Source: an uncultured Desulfosarcina sp.
GTDB lineage: Bacteria; Desulfobacterota; Desulfobacteria; Desulfobacterales; Desulfosarcinaceae
NCBI GenBank assembly: GCA_963674945.2
Contig: CAXXWQ010000004.1
Span: 992,001 to 1,056,000, forward strand
Direction: 5' to 3'
Length of the DNA: 64,000 nucleotides
The notes under the pieces were generated by a model that worked only from the letters and a program-made list of their open reading frames with translations, had not been told where the DNA came from and made no database searches. Positions 10,334 to 20,158 of this stretch are shown piece after piece (the first letter of the stretch is position 1; every line of letters begins with the position of its first letter). A program made the translations under genes and the position numbers.

Positions 10334-13300
10334 TTAAAGAATGCACTCCCGGCGGTAAAGCCAAACCCGCAGCATGGACAAGAGCCGGTCGACCTCGACG
10401 GGCTTGGAAAGATAATCATTGGCGCCTGCCGCAAGACACTTGTTGCGGTCCTCCTTCAAGGCCTTGGCCGTCAGGGCGATGATCGGCAAATCATGAAAGC
10501 GCGGCTGTTTGCGGATCTCCCTTGCGGTCTGGTATCCGTCCATAACCGGCATCATGATATCCAGCAGCACCAGCGCGATCTCCGGCTGTGTTTCCAAAAG
10601 GGCCAAGGCTTTCCGACCATCTTCTGCCTTAATCACGTTCAGCCCTTTTTCGGTAAGTATTTTCGACATAGCGAACAAATTACGCATGTCGTCATCGACC
10701 AGCAGGATGGTCTTTCCGGCCAGTGCGGTATCGCGCTCATGCAGGTTAATGATCATCTGCCTTTTTGCCGGCGTCATCGCGCTGACGGTCTTGTGCAAAA
10801 AGAGGCTTACCTCGTCTAAAAGACGCTCTTCGGATTTGACGCCTTTGATGATGATGCTTTCGGCATGCTTGCGAAGCGCCATCTCCTCTTCACGGGTCAG
10901 TTCCTTTCCGGTGTAAACGATCACCGGCGGCATGTCCAAATCCTTTTCTTCAGCCATGCGATCCAAGAGTTCGAAGCCGCTCATATCCGGTAGCCCCAGA
11001 TCCAGGATCATACAGTCGAAACGTCGCTTCTTGAGCGCGGCCAAAGCCGCGGTACCGCTTTCCACCTCCTTGATGGTAAGGTCTGCCTCCCCGATTAGCT
11101 TGACGATCCCACGGCGAAGATCGGCGTTATCTTCGACGACAAGCATCTCCTTGATTTTCTTGGCTACCACCTGTTCGATTCTTTCAAAAGCCTCATCCAG
11201 CTTTTCGCGACTCATCGGCTTGGTCGTGAAACCGATGGCTCCCCGTTGCAAGGTATCCAGTGTAGTTTCTTCAACGGAAATGATATGAACCGGAATATGG
11301 CGAGTCGCAGGATTTTCCTTCAGCATATTGAGGACCGTCCATCCGCTCATGCCTGGCAGGCGGATGTCCAGGATGACAGCATCCGGAATATAATTTTCGG
11401 CCAGTTTCAGCCCCTCTTCGCCAGTAGCCGAAACCAGAGCCTTGAAGCCTTTTGTCTGACATTTACCGAGCAGGATGTAGGCAAAACCGGGATCGTCTTC
11501 AATGATTAAAATACTCCGGTCGTTATCGCGGATTTTATCCCGGTCATCGGAAAAGGCGTGGACTGGCTTGGGCAGTTCATGCTTTCTGCAGATTTCAATG
11601 GGCAGCGTGCCGGTAGGATTTGCTTGCCGTGCCTGCAGTTCAACATCGGTTTCGGGGGCGGCATTTTTTATTGTGAACACCAGCGGTAGGTAAAGTACAA
11701 AGGTCGATCCTTGTTCGGGAATGCTGGTGAGCTGAATTTCCCCACCAAGCAGCTTGGCCAGTTCACGGACAATGGACAAACCCAGCCCGGTACCGCCATA
11801 TTTCCGTGATGTGCTGCCGTCGGCCTGTTGAAAGGCCTCGAAGACTTGCATCTGCTTGTCCAAGGGGATGCCGATACCGGTATCCGTAACGCAAAAAGCC
11901 ACGCAACTTTCCGGTGTCAAACCGCTTCTGGCCAAATTCACACCGCTGCCGGGCCGTTCCATCGTTACGTTCACCGATCCTTTTTCGGTAAACTTCAAAG
12001 CATTGGAAATAAGGTTGTTGAGAATCTGCTGCAACCGCTGGTTGTCGCTCCTGATACGCTGCGGCATGCCGTCGCTTATACTGACGATCAACTCCAATCC
12101 TTTTTGCACCGCAATTGGTTTGAAGTTTTGCGTGATGCTGCTTGCCACGTCTGAAAGATCGATGTCTTCGATATTCAGGGTCATGCGACCCGCCTCGATC
12201 TTGGAAAGATCCAGGATCTCGTTGATCAGCTGGAGCAATTCCTGACCGCTTTTGTGAATGACGCCGGCCGATTCGACCTGATTTGGGTCCAAATTGCCCT
12301 TGGCATTCTCCTGTAGATCGCGCGAAAGCAGCAGAAGGCTGCTAAGAGGGGTTCGTAGTTCGTGGGACATGTTGGCCAGAAACTCCGATTTGTATTTGCC
12401 GGTCACTTCCAGCTCACGGGCGCGTAGCTCCAGTTCCTGGCGGGCATTTTCGAGAGACTGGTTTTTCCGATCGATCTGCAGTTTCTGCTTCTCCAGGTAA
12501 TGGTTTTTCTCTTCGAGCTCCTCGTTGGTTGCTCTTAATTCCTCCTGCTGCTGCTTCAATTGCTCTTCGGATTTTTTCAAAGATTGGGTCTGTTGCTCTA
12601 GTTCCTCGTTGGCCACACGCAGCTCTTCTTCCTGTACTTGCAGTTGTTGGGTTTGTTGCTGGGTTTGCGAAAGCAGTTGCTTGAGCTTGGCTTGGTTCTG
12701 CACAGTATATACGGCAATGGCCGCAACGCTGGAAGCGTCGCGTAAAAAATCCAATTGGGCTTCTTCAAACGTTTCGATTGAACCCAGCTCGATCACACCC
12801 TTGATCGTATCTTCGAAAAGCAGGGGCACTGCGACGATATGGTGGGCAGGGCTGTCCCCCAGGGACGAACTGACACGCAGGTAATCATGCGGCAAACCTG
12901 GAACGGAAATGATCTCTTTTTCAAGTGCAGCCTGACCGGCCAAGCCCTCTCCTGGCTTGATGACCGTGGCCAGTGTATCGCCTTGGTCGGCGGCGTAGCT
13001 CCCATGCAGCGTCAGGAAGCCGTCGTCGGACATGACATACAGCGTTCCGACCTGGGCGTCGAGGTAGCTCGCTAAAAAGCTGAGCATTTCCGCCGCCAGC
13101 ACCTTCAGGTCGCCTTGGCCCACAATAATGCTGTTCAGTTCGTTCTTGCCTGTCTTGATCCAGTCCTGCAGGTCGCTTTGCCTTTTGGAATCTTGCAGCG
13201 CCAAGGTCATCTGATTGACGGCCTTGCCAAGATGATCGTTATGTCCGCCGAGGGTTACATGTTGGCTCAAATCTCCGGCTGCAATGGCCATGGCCACGTC

Positions 13301-14083
13301 GGCCTTGTCGCGCAGGCCCATTTGCATCTCCCGGAATGAATTCGCCAAGGCGCCAATTTCGTCCTTCTGATCGATCAGTACATCGTGCCGCAGGTCTCCT
13401 TTGGCAATATTATTCATGCGCTGTACGATCATCTGCAACGACGGGGTGATGCTCTGGGCAATGAGCCAGGCAATCCCCATGCTGAGCGCAATTGCGGCAC
13501 CCAATAACCAGGTAATTATCGATCTGGAACGCTCCTGCTGGTCGCGGGCCGCCTCGCGGAAGCTTTGGGCTTTTCCATAGGAAAATTCGATCAAGGCATT
13601 CAGCTTGTTTCTCAATTCGTATGTGCGTTTCTGATGCGCCTGATAGAAAATCTTGTCCAGTTTATCCTTTGATCCAGCGCGTATTTCCTCTAATTCCTGA
13701 TCGAGCTTGCTTTTCCAGTTGCTGAAAGCCTGTCGTGCGATCAGGACCTCATCCTTGTTGCCCAGATGCCCGTCCTTTACTATCTCGAACTTTCCCAAAA
13801 GTTGTGGCGCCACTTCGTTGATGCGGCGCTCGACTTCATCTAACTCACCGGCATCACTGGCAAACAGAAGCCTGCGCAACTGTTCGTTCATCTGGTTTAT
13901 CTCCGCCCTGATATCCAGTACTGCGTAGCCCACGGCAATAGGATGTTTGAACATGTTGTTGACAATACCGGCCAGGATGTTCATCTGGCGAATGGCCATA
14001 CCACCGACGATTAGCGTCAGCAAAATCACCAACACAAATCCAATGGTGAGTCTTGTGCCGATCTTTAGATCTCCCAGTTTCAT
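10334..14083 (-). CDS. Membrane hybrid histidine kinase (MCP-type four-helix sensor, HAMP, GAF, coiled coil, HisKA/HATPase, three REC domains)
   Basis: Two TM segments, DEIGALA HAMP, FLANMSHELRTPL, DTGIGI, GGTGLGL, and receivers ILIIEDD, MLVVEDN and ILLVDDD. Confidence 0.93.
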   Translation of the reverse strand: MKLGDLKIGTRLTIGFVLVILLTLIVGGMAIRQMNILAGIVNNMFKHPIAVGYAVLDIRAEINQMNEQLRRLLFASDAGELDEVERRINEVAPQLLGKFEIVKDGHLGNKDEVLIARQAFSNWKSKLDQELEEIRAGSKDKLDKIFYQAHQKRTYELRNKLNALIEFSYGKAQSFREAARDQQERSRSIITWLLGAAIALSMGIAWLIAQSITPSLQMIVQRMNNIAKGDLRHDVLIDQKDEIGALANSFREMQMGLRDKADVAMAIAAGDLSQHVTLGGHNDHLGKAVNQMTLALQDSKRQSDLQDWIKTGKNELNSIIVGQGDLKVLAAEMLSFLASYLDAQVGTLYVMSDDGFLTLHGSYAADQGDTLATVIKPGEGLAGQAALEKEIISVPGLPHDYLRVSSSLGDSPAHHIVAVPLLFEDTIKGVIELGSIETFEEAQLDFLRDASSVAAIAVYTVQNQAKLKQLLSQTQQQTQQLQVQEEELRVANEELEQQTQSLKKSEEQLKQQQEELRATNEELEEKNHYLEKQKLQIDRKNQSLENARQELELRARELEVTGKYKSEFLANMSHELRTPLSSLLLLSRDLQENAKGNLDPNQVESAGVIHKSGQELLQLINEILDLSKIEAGRMTLNIEDIDLSDVASSITQNFKPIAVQKGLELIVSISDGMPQRIRSDNQRLQQILNNLISNALKFTEKGSVNVTMERPGSGVNLARSGLTPESCVAFCVTDTGIGIPLDKQMQVFEAFQQADGSTSRKYGGTGLGLSIVRELAKLLGGEIQLTSIPEQGSTFVLYLPLVFTIKNAAPETDVELQARQANPTGTLPIEICRKHELPKPVHAFSDDRDKIRDNDRSILIIEDDPGFAYILLGKCQTKGFKALVSATGEEGLKLAENYIPDAVILDIRLPGMSGWTVLNMLKENPATRHIPVHIISVEETTLDTLQRGAIGFTTKPMSREKLDEAFERIEQVVAKKIKEMLVVEDNADLRRGIVKLIGEADLTIKEVESGTAALAALKKRRFDCMILDLGLPDMSGFELLDRMAEEKDLDMPPVIVYTGKELTREEEMALRKHAESIIIKGVKSEERLLDEVSLFLHKTVSAMTPAKRQMIINLHERDTALAGKTILLVDDDMRNLFAMSKILTEKGLNVIKAEDGRKALALLETQPEIALVLLDIMMPVMDGYQTAREIRKQPRFHDLPIIALTAKALKEDRNKCLAAGANDYLSKPVEVDRLLSMLRVWLYRRECIL

Positions 14084-14297
14084 GAGCTGATCTTACCCCT
14101 CCCTCTCATTTTTGCCTTTAAATTATTCAAAGCCTTTTTGCCCATGGCTAAGAATTCATAAAATGGCAGCGCGAAGTGCATCCTTGTTTTTCTCTGTCCT
14201 TCAAGTTGCGATGCAATTTATCCATTTATTTTAAAATGGTGGAACAAGGGAATGCTTAGTCTGATCCTCGGAAAATAACGAAAAAATAAAGGATTTT

Positions 14298-15314
14298 TCA
14301 ACAAAAAACGCTATCTGAATTTAGCGGAATTAAATATTTCGCTGAACCCAGAAAACCGGTAAGGACGATCATGGCGGGCCGGTCGTCGATGCCCAGCAAC
14401 TTCTTATCCAGACTCTTGAAATCGCCGATCTTGTGAGACTGCCACCACAGGGCCTTTTCCCATGTGTCGGGAATGGGCAGACCGGGCCGCCAACGGATGG
14501 CGTCCGCCTCGTTGACGCCGGCTGGCGAAGAAGTTGGATTCGGTATTTCACCGCCGAATACCAGGCGACAGAGATGTCGCTGCGTCTTCTCGTCCGGTTC
14601 TTGTAATTGTTTTCCATCGGACCAGTAGCGGGTGATATGACCCGGGCTTTGTCGGTGCGTAAAAGCGGACGGAGGCAGTTCGAGACTGAATCCCGCCGAA
14701 GCGCCGATCACTTCGTAAATGGCCCGGGCGATGGCAAAGGCCGGCAGGTGCTGATCCCATCCGCCGGGCGGCACAAGTGTGACCGGACCATCGGGGGTGT
14801 CCACCCGCACGCCGTCCGCTGCCCTGCTGGCCAGCCAGTTGTCGGCCAGCAGGGTAAGCGCAACGGTGCCATGGTCCAGATCGATGGTCAACTCCAGATC
14901 CCCGATGTAAAAGAGCGAACACAGATCGGCGTGTCGGGAGAACTGCCGAAGGCACGAGAGATATTGATCCTGCTGGGTCCATGCCGCTGCCGGCAGTGAA
15001 AACTGTTCCACCGTCTCCTCGTCCGGCGAGGGAAAGTAGTTGAGTTGAAAGCGACCCGCAAGTTGTCGTCCCGACCGTCCGGCTCCCATCCAGACCCAGG
15101 CGAATACTCCTGGCCAGCCGGCGATCTTGACGGTCCATGCCTCGGTATCGGTGGCGCATTGGTTTACCCCCCGCCACCCCAGGTGATGACGCACCGCCGG
15201 TACGAAATTGGCGCGCACCACCATGGCGCGCAAAATGCCCGGCAGGGCCGTTTCCGGGGAAGCCTCGATGTCGCCGGGGTAGAGTTTGCGCAGCGATTGA
15301 AGACAAGATGCCAT
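14298..15314 (-). pseudogene. CobW/COG0523 GTPase with a long N-terminal extension, truncated at the Walker A motif
   Basis: ORF ends ...DDRPAMIVLTGFLGSAK then unrelated AT-rich sequence; LTGFLGxGK is the start of the CobW GTPase domain. Confidence 0.7.
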
Positions 15315-15391
15315 GCGTCGATGTTCTCTCCTTTTCATGGGGTGCGGCCGGGCCACAATTACGACCCGGCCGCTTGCTCGGGGTCCGGGGG

Positions 15392-16558
15392 TCAGACGCC
15401 GAAGCTGATGGTATCGCCGTTGCCAAGATAGGCCGGATCCTTGGAGCGGTGGCGGGCCGTTCCCTTGATGACCGGATAGCCCGCGGCAATGAATTTCTTG
15501 GCGCACACAATGCCGGTGCAGTGGTTGCAGCCAATTTTCTCAAAGCCGTATTTTCCCAGGGAGATCACCAGGTCGTCATACTTGGGGTCCCAGTCGTCAA
15601 AGGGGGAGATGTGCAGCCCCCCGTAGATGCCGTGGAAGTTGTCGCCATCGTATTTGATCTCCCGGTAGGCGGTCTCGGCGAACTGGATGATGCTCTGGTG
15701 GCAGCATCCGGTCACGCTTACCAGTCCCTTGTCCTTGACGTTGAAGTAAAGGGATTGCTCGCCGTAGACACGGCAGATGATGGGAATGGCGAAAACGAAC
15801 CCGGCCATGCCCGGAACCACCTTGTTCAGGCCTGCTTTGACCACGTGCAACGGGCCCTTGTGGCCGGCGTCCTTGATGTACTGCAGTCCTTCCTCGTAAA
15901 ACCCTTCGGGAACGTAGATGGGGATGGTCGGGTCGTACTTCAACGTAACCGGCAGTCCCCAGAAGTGATCGAAATGCTCGTGGGAGATAAACAGGGCCTT
16001 GATTTCCCGGTTTCGCAGCATCTGGTCGATGCCTTCGCGACGGAAGCACTCGTCCGTCCACTGGTAGGACCACCCGCTGTCCAGAAGGTATTTGGTTTTT
16101 TGGCCGTCCAGTGCCTCCACCTCCACTAATGCCGCATACCCGCCGGCATTTTCCGGATGCACCGAGAGCTTTTCCGTGATCGCCCACGCCTCGTCAATGC
16201 GGTCGGGCAGCAGGTGCTTGATTTTGGCGATGCCATTGGCATAGGACCCTTTTCCCAAACCGGTACCATCGCCGAAGGGCGGCCAGTTATAGTCGTACTG
16301 GTTTACCAGCAGGCCGCCGGCACCCTTGATGTCGCTCATCAGGTCGGCATTTTTGAACCAGCTGGTTTCGGTAATATTGGTAATTTTGACGCTCTTGCAG
16401 GCACCGATATCGGTCAGCTTGCGCTTTACTTCGGCAAATTGGCGTTTTCGCCAGGGCGAGTAGGAATAAATGCCCATGGATGCCAGCATTCCACCCATGA
16501 CGCCCACGGCCGCCCCCTTGAAAAAATCGCGCCGGCTGATATTTGATTTTTCCGACAT
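15392..16558 (-). CDS. Tat-exported MBL-fold metallo-hydrolase
   Basis: SRRDFFK Tat motif; SHEHFDHFWGL, TGCCH, GGLH and NHCTG. Confidence 0.85.
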   Translation of the reverse strand: MSEKSNISRRDFFKGAAVGVMGGMLASMGIYSYSPWRKRQFAEVKRKLTDIGACKSVKITNITETSWFKNADLMSDIKGAGGLLVNQYDYNWPPFGDGTGLGKGSYANGIAKIKHLLPDRIDEAWAITEKLSVHPENAGGYAALVEVEALDGQKTKYLLDSGWSYQWTDECFRREGIDQMLRNREIKALFISHEHFDHFWGLPVTLKYDPTIPIYVPEGFYEEGLQYIKDAGHKGPLHVVKAGLNKVVPGMAGFVFAIPIICRVYGEQSLYFNVKDKGLVSVTGCCHQSIIQFAETAYREIKYDGDNFHGIYGGLHISPFDDWDPKYDDLVISLGKYGFEKIGCNHCTGIVCAKKFIAAGYPVIKGTARHRSKDPAYLGNGDTISFGV

Positions 16559-16588
16559 GATCGACTCCTTTTCTAAATGGCTTGTGCG

Positions 16589-18001
16589 TTACTTGATAAT
16601 ATCGATGGCACGATAAAACGCCGGCAGCAAAGCAACGGAGATAAAGTAGATGGCCACACCGGCCAGCACTCCGCCGCCCAGGCCCCATCCGAACGATGTT
16701 CCCCATCGCACTTCGGCGATGGCCTGTTGCCGGGCCTGGTGGTCCGCTGCGATCTCTTCCGCGGTTTTGGGCACCGCCTTCCACGCCGGCCAGTTGTCCA
16801 TGAACCAGTGATGCACCAGCCAGATATCGATCAGCCAGATGGTGGGGATCATGGGAAACTGCTGGGGATGAGAAAAACCCTTCTGGGTCCCTAAGAAAAG
16901 ATGGGAGATGCGGTAGTAGAAGATGTAGAGCAGCACGGCCGCCACGATGGTCACGGTGGTGCGGATCAGGACATTGACCGGCATGCTGAACTTTTTGGGC
17001 CAGTTGCCGCAGTAGAAGGTGACGAACAGCGCCGGTACCAGGAAGAACACCGCCATTTCACCCACATGCAGCCAGCGCCAGTCGGGCGCGAAATCCCGCC
17101 GCGTGCCGCGGATGGCCGGCCCGTACGTCAGTTCCTGAACGAAGTAGAGAAAAAAGTGCATGGCAAAGGCGATGGCGATGATTCCGAAAAAGGCAACCAC
17201 CCGGCGGCGCCAGGGTGTGCGGATCATATTGAAGGGAAACCGTTCCCAGATGGTCTCCACCAACCAGACGGTGACCGTACAGCACATGATCCAGGAGACG
17301 TGGAAGTTTCCTGAAACCGTATCGGCGAATTTTTCCCAGTACGGGGGCGTGATTCCGGTAAAGGCCTGCCAGGGATCGTACAGAATCGCCATGTGTGAAT
17401 GCATGGTCGTAAAATAGACAAGGGTACTCAGGAAAAAGGTCATGATCAACATGCTGAAACCTTTGGCCGGCTGTTTCAGTCCCTGCCAGGGGGCCTCTTC
17501 ACAGGCAACCACCCAGGCCGGGCTCAGCCAGGATGCGATGGCGGCGAACATCAAACATGCCAGGGAGGCATATTCGATGGCAAAAAACTCGGTGATGCCG
17601 GGCAGCCGGGTCAGGCGCTCGGGATTGAAATAGGCGAGACCGAAGTTGCCCAGAATGCCTTCGAAAAAGCCTTTGATCAAAATCAGCAGGATACCCACCG
17701 ATACGGCGGTAAGAATGATCCCCTTCACCAGCGGGTGGGTTTCGCGAACCCATTTCTGGCTGAAGGGCCAGTAATTGAAGAGGTAAACCATCCAGATGAG
17801 CACAATCAGCCACCAGCGGGTATACATATAACCCACATAGGGCGTGTACATGCGCATTATCCCCCGGGGATCCTGAAAGATCCACCATGTCAGATAGAAT
17901 ACCGCCACGGTCAAGACCAGACTGACCAGGGCCGGAATGGGGCCCTTCCAGCGCTTTTCCAACCGGCGGCTCTCCAGGTAATTCATGGATTGCCCTTCCA
18001 T
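16589..18001 (-). CDS. Multi-pass membrane protein, putative amino acid/amine permease
   Basis: About 11-12 hydrophobic helices, Trp-rich; RBS AAGGAG before the ATG. Confidence 0.7.
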   Translation of the reverse strand: MEGQSMNYLESRRLEKRWKGPIPALVSLVLTVAVFYLTWWIFQDPRGIMRMYTPYVGYMYTRWWLIVLIWMVYLFNYWPFSQKWVRETHPLVKGIILTAVSVGILLILIKGFFEGILGNFGLAYFNPERLTRLPGITEFFAIEYASLACLMFAAIASWLSPAWVVACEEAPWQGLKQPAKGFSMLIMTFFLSTLVYFTTMHSHMAILYDPWQAFTGITPPYWEKFADTVSGNFHVSWIMCCTVTVWLVETIWERFPFNMIRTPWRRRVVAFFGIIAIAFAMHFFLYFVQELTYGPAIRGTRRDFAPDWRWLHVGEMAVFFLVPALFVTFYCGNWPKKFSMPVNVLIRTTVTIVAAVLLYIFYYRISHLFLGTQKGFSHPQQFPMIPTIWLIDIWLVHHWFMDNWPAWKAVPKTAEEIAADHQARQQAIAEVRWGTSFGWGLGGGVLAGVAIYFISVALLPAFYRAIDIIK

Positions 18002-18677
18002 AATGTCACTCCTTTGTTAAACAGTCCTTAGTGTAAGCCAGCAGATAAAATGTTGCCCGATAGAATCGTTGAAACGAGGCCACCTCCTTTCCATCATGGA
18101 TTTCCTTGGATCTATATCGACGGTGCGATGGTTTATGGATTTGCGTATCTTTTGATGGTTGATAGAGAGAGCTGAGATGGGTCGGTTACCCGGCTGAAGG
18201 CGTGTGGGCGGATCCTGAAGCGATCTCTCTTTTGGGAGCATTGACCGGCAACAGCCGGGCTTTATGGACCCGAGACGCCTCTTCGCCCTGAAATCGTGAT
18301 ATGGGGAAGGTGGTTTGGTACCTTGGGTCTTACACGATGAAATTGTCAGGCGGTCCGTCATCTTTCGGACTCCTGTCCAGGTGCTGCAATGCCTCCACAA
18401 CAGTTGGAGACATCTTGATGCCTTTTTGAGTGAATAGTATACGTCACTGACGCAGAGTAGTGTTGAATACCCAAACCAAGTCACTGCCCAAAAGTTCTCT
18501 CCAAGGCATCAAATGAAACATCTCCAATCATCCTTCTGTAAATGGTAATAGGATATTTATTACCCAGACCTCTTCCCCTACACTTATCGATAATAAACCA
18601 ATCCCCAATGTATTGAGAGATGACCAAAGGTCAGATGCTATCAATATGCATAAACTGGAGAGTTAATAAGCTTTAAC

Positions 18678-18693
18678 AGCAAACCTTGTGCCA
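18678..18693 (-). promoter_or_regulatory. Sigma54 (-24/-12) promoter
   Basis: Minus strand reads TGGCAC-AAGGT-TTGCT, an exact consensus, oriented toward the permease operon. Confidence 0.65.
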
Positions 18694-19111
18694 GGCTTTC
18701 AGACATATAACGAACGATCCATCTACGCCGATCATGGCATTGATTATGATCATGATTTCAACAATTGCCTATATTGGAAATATGCAATCTCAGAAGGACT
18801 CAAGGGACAGGATTGACCGTTGGAATTAGACTACGAGAAGATGGTTTATTGTGGAAATGGCATTTCCCATTTTACTTATATGTCGAGATATTTCATATCC
18901 AAATTGTAAGCGAGTACCTGTTTCAATTTTACAGACTGCAAAATTTCCTGACAGGCTGTCATGTTCCAATCGTAATTTTACCATTAAGGCCGTAAAGTAC
19001 TATTATACCGAACAGTTGTGTTTTTAAAAAATTTTTTGAAAATAGAATTCCGTTTGCCGTGCTTCACCGCAAATTAAAAATATAGCTTCACTACGCCTAC
19101 CACGTTAGGAC

Positions 19112-19189
19112 AGCCTTACCTTGCAGATTGAAGACGAAACCTACATCTTACTCAGGGTAGGAACACATGACATTTTGAAAAGCGCCTAA
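19112..19189 (+). pseudogene. C-terminal remnant of a RelE/YafQ-like toxin
   Basis: Translates SLTLQIEDETYILLRVGTHDILKSA*; the GTHD ending is typical of the family. Confidence 0.5.
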
Positions 19190-20056
19190 CAAAAAAACAC
19201 CCCATCTTTTTTCAGTTTTGAGACATCGGTTTTCAATTCCGAAACGTCTGTTTTTAACTGGAATTATAATGTGTTGTTCGTTTTGATTTTGTCTGAGTGC
19301 AAGGCTGTTCTACTCAAATCATTATTACGAAGACCTTGCCTTCCAGCAGCGTGTCTAAAAAGAACAGACAGTCCGGTTTGAAAAGGTCGCAAACATGTAC
19401 ATTTGAAATGGCATGATTGCTGAACACAATCCTTTTCCTTCTCCACTGGATATAAAGTGGGCTATAATCAAATTTTACCCCATACTGTGTAAAACTCGGG
19501 GGGAAATGCTATTGAAATGGGAATTTCAGTCAAAGAGGCTATTTCCCAACTGCTGTTCACCGCCCATCACCGCCTCAAATCCCGATTTCAACCCACCCGA
19601 TACGGCACACTTGAGGCGTTAGATTTCTATTGATCTCACAGAATTTTGGGTATATGTCCTAGAATATAATTTTTTGAATTATCTTTTTGTCAAAACTGCA
19701 TCGACCTGATTGCTGATCCTGCCAAGATTTCCACTCCATTATTATTGGATTTTTGTTATTCAGTCGCGAAATATGCTGATATTTATTGGTTTCGTTACTG
19801 CTGTTGGATATGGCCTTTCTGATGTTATGCGTTGCTCTGGGTTCTTGGGTACGTTGAATGCTATCCACGTAAGAAAAGCTGGGGTACTTTTTTCATAACA
19901 TTGCATTGGTGTGGTTTTTCCTTTTCATCCTTACTGAACCGTTGACAAAGGATATGACCGGCTTTTTTTCGTTTTTAAGATCCGATCCATCCAAAACAGA
20001 CGACACCAGTGACCGATAACATTTTTCATCAACAGACAAAATCAAGGAGAGGAACG

Positions 20057-20158
20057 ATGGGGATTAAAACGAAACAAAACTTCTCTATATTTTTACCTGG
20101 AGTCTTATTTCTTTTTGCTTTCTTTATAATTTTCGTCAATGATTGCTGCGCAGAAGCT
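20057..20158 (+). pseudogene. 5' signal-peptide part of a secreted protein gene interrupted by an IS
   Basis: RBS AGGAG, then MGIKTKQNFSIFLPGVLFLFAFFIIFVNDCCAEA abutting the IS end. Confidence 0.55.

Noticed and set aside
14548..16129. Long alternative ORFs (14548-15543, 15137-16129; similarly 32952-33959, 34823-35788, 60169-61029)
   Set aside because: Shadow or overlapping frames of well-supported GC-rich genes, with no motifs
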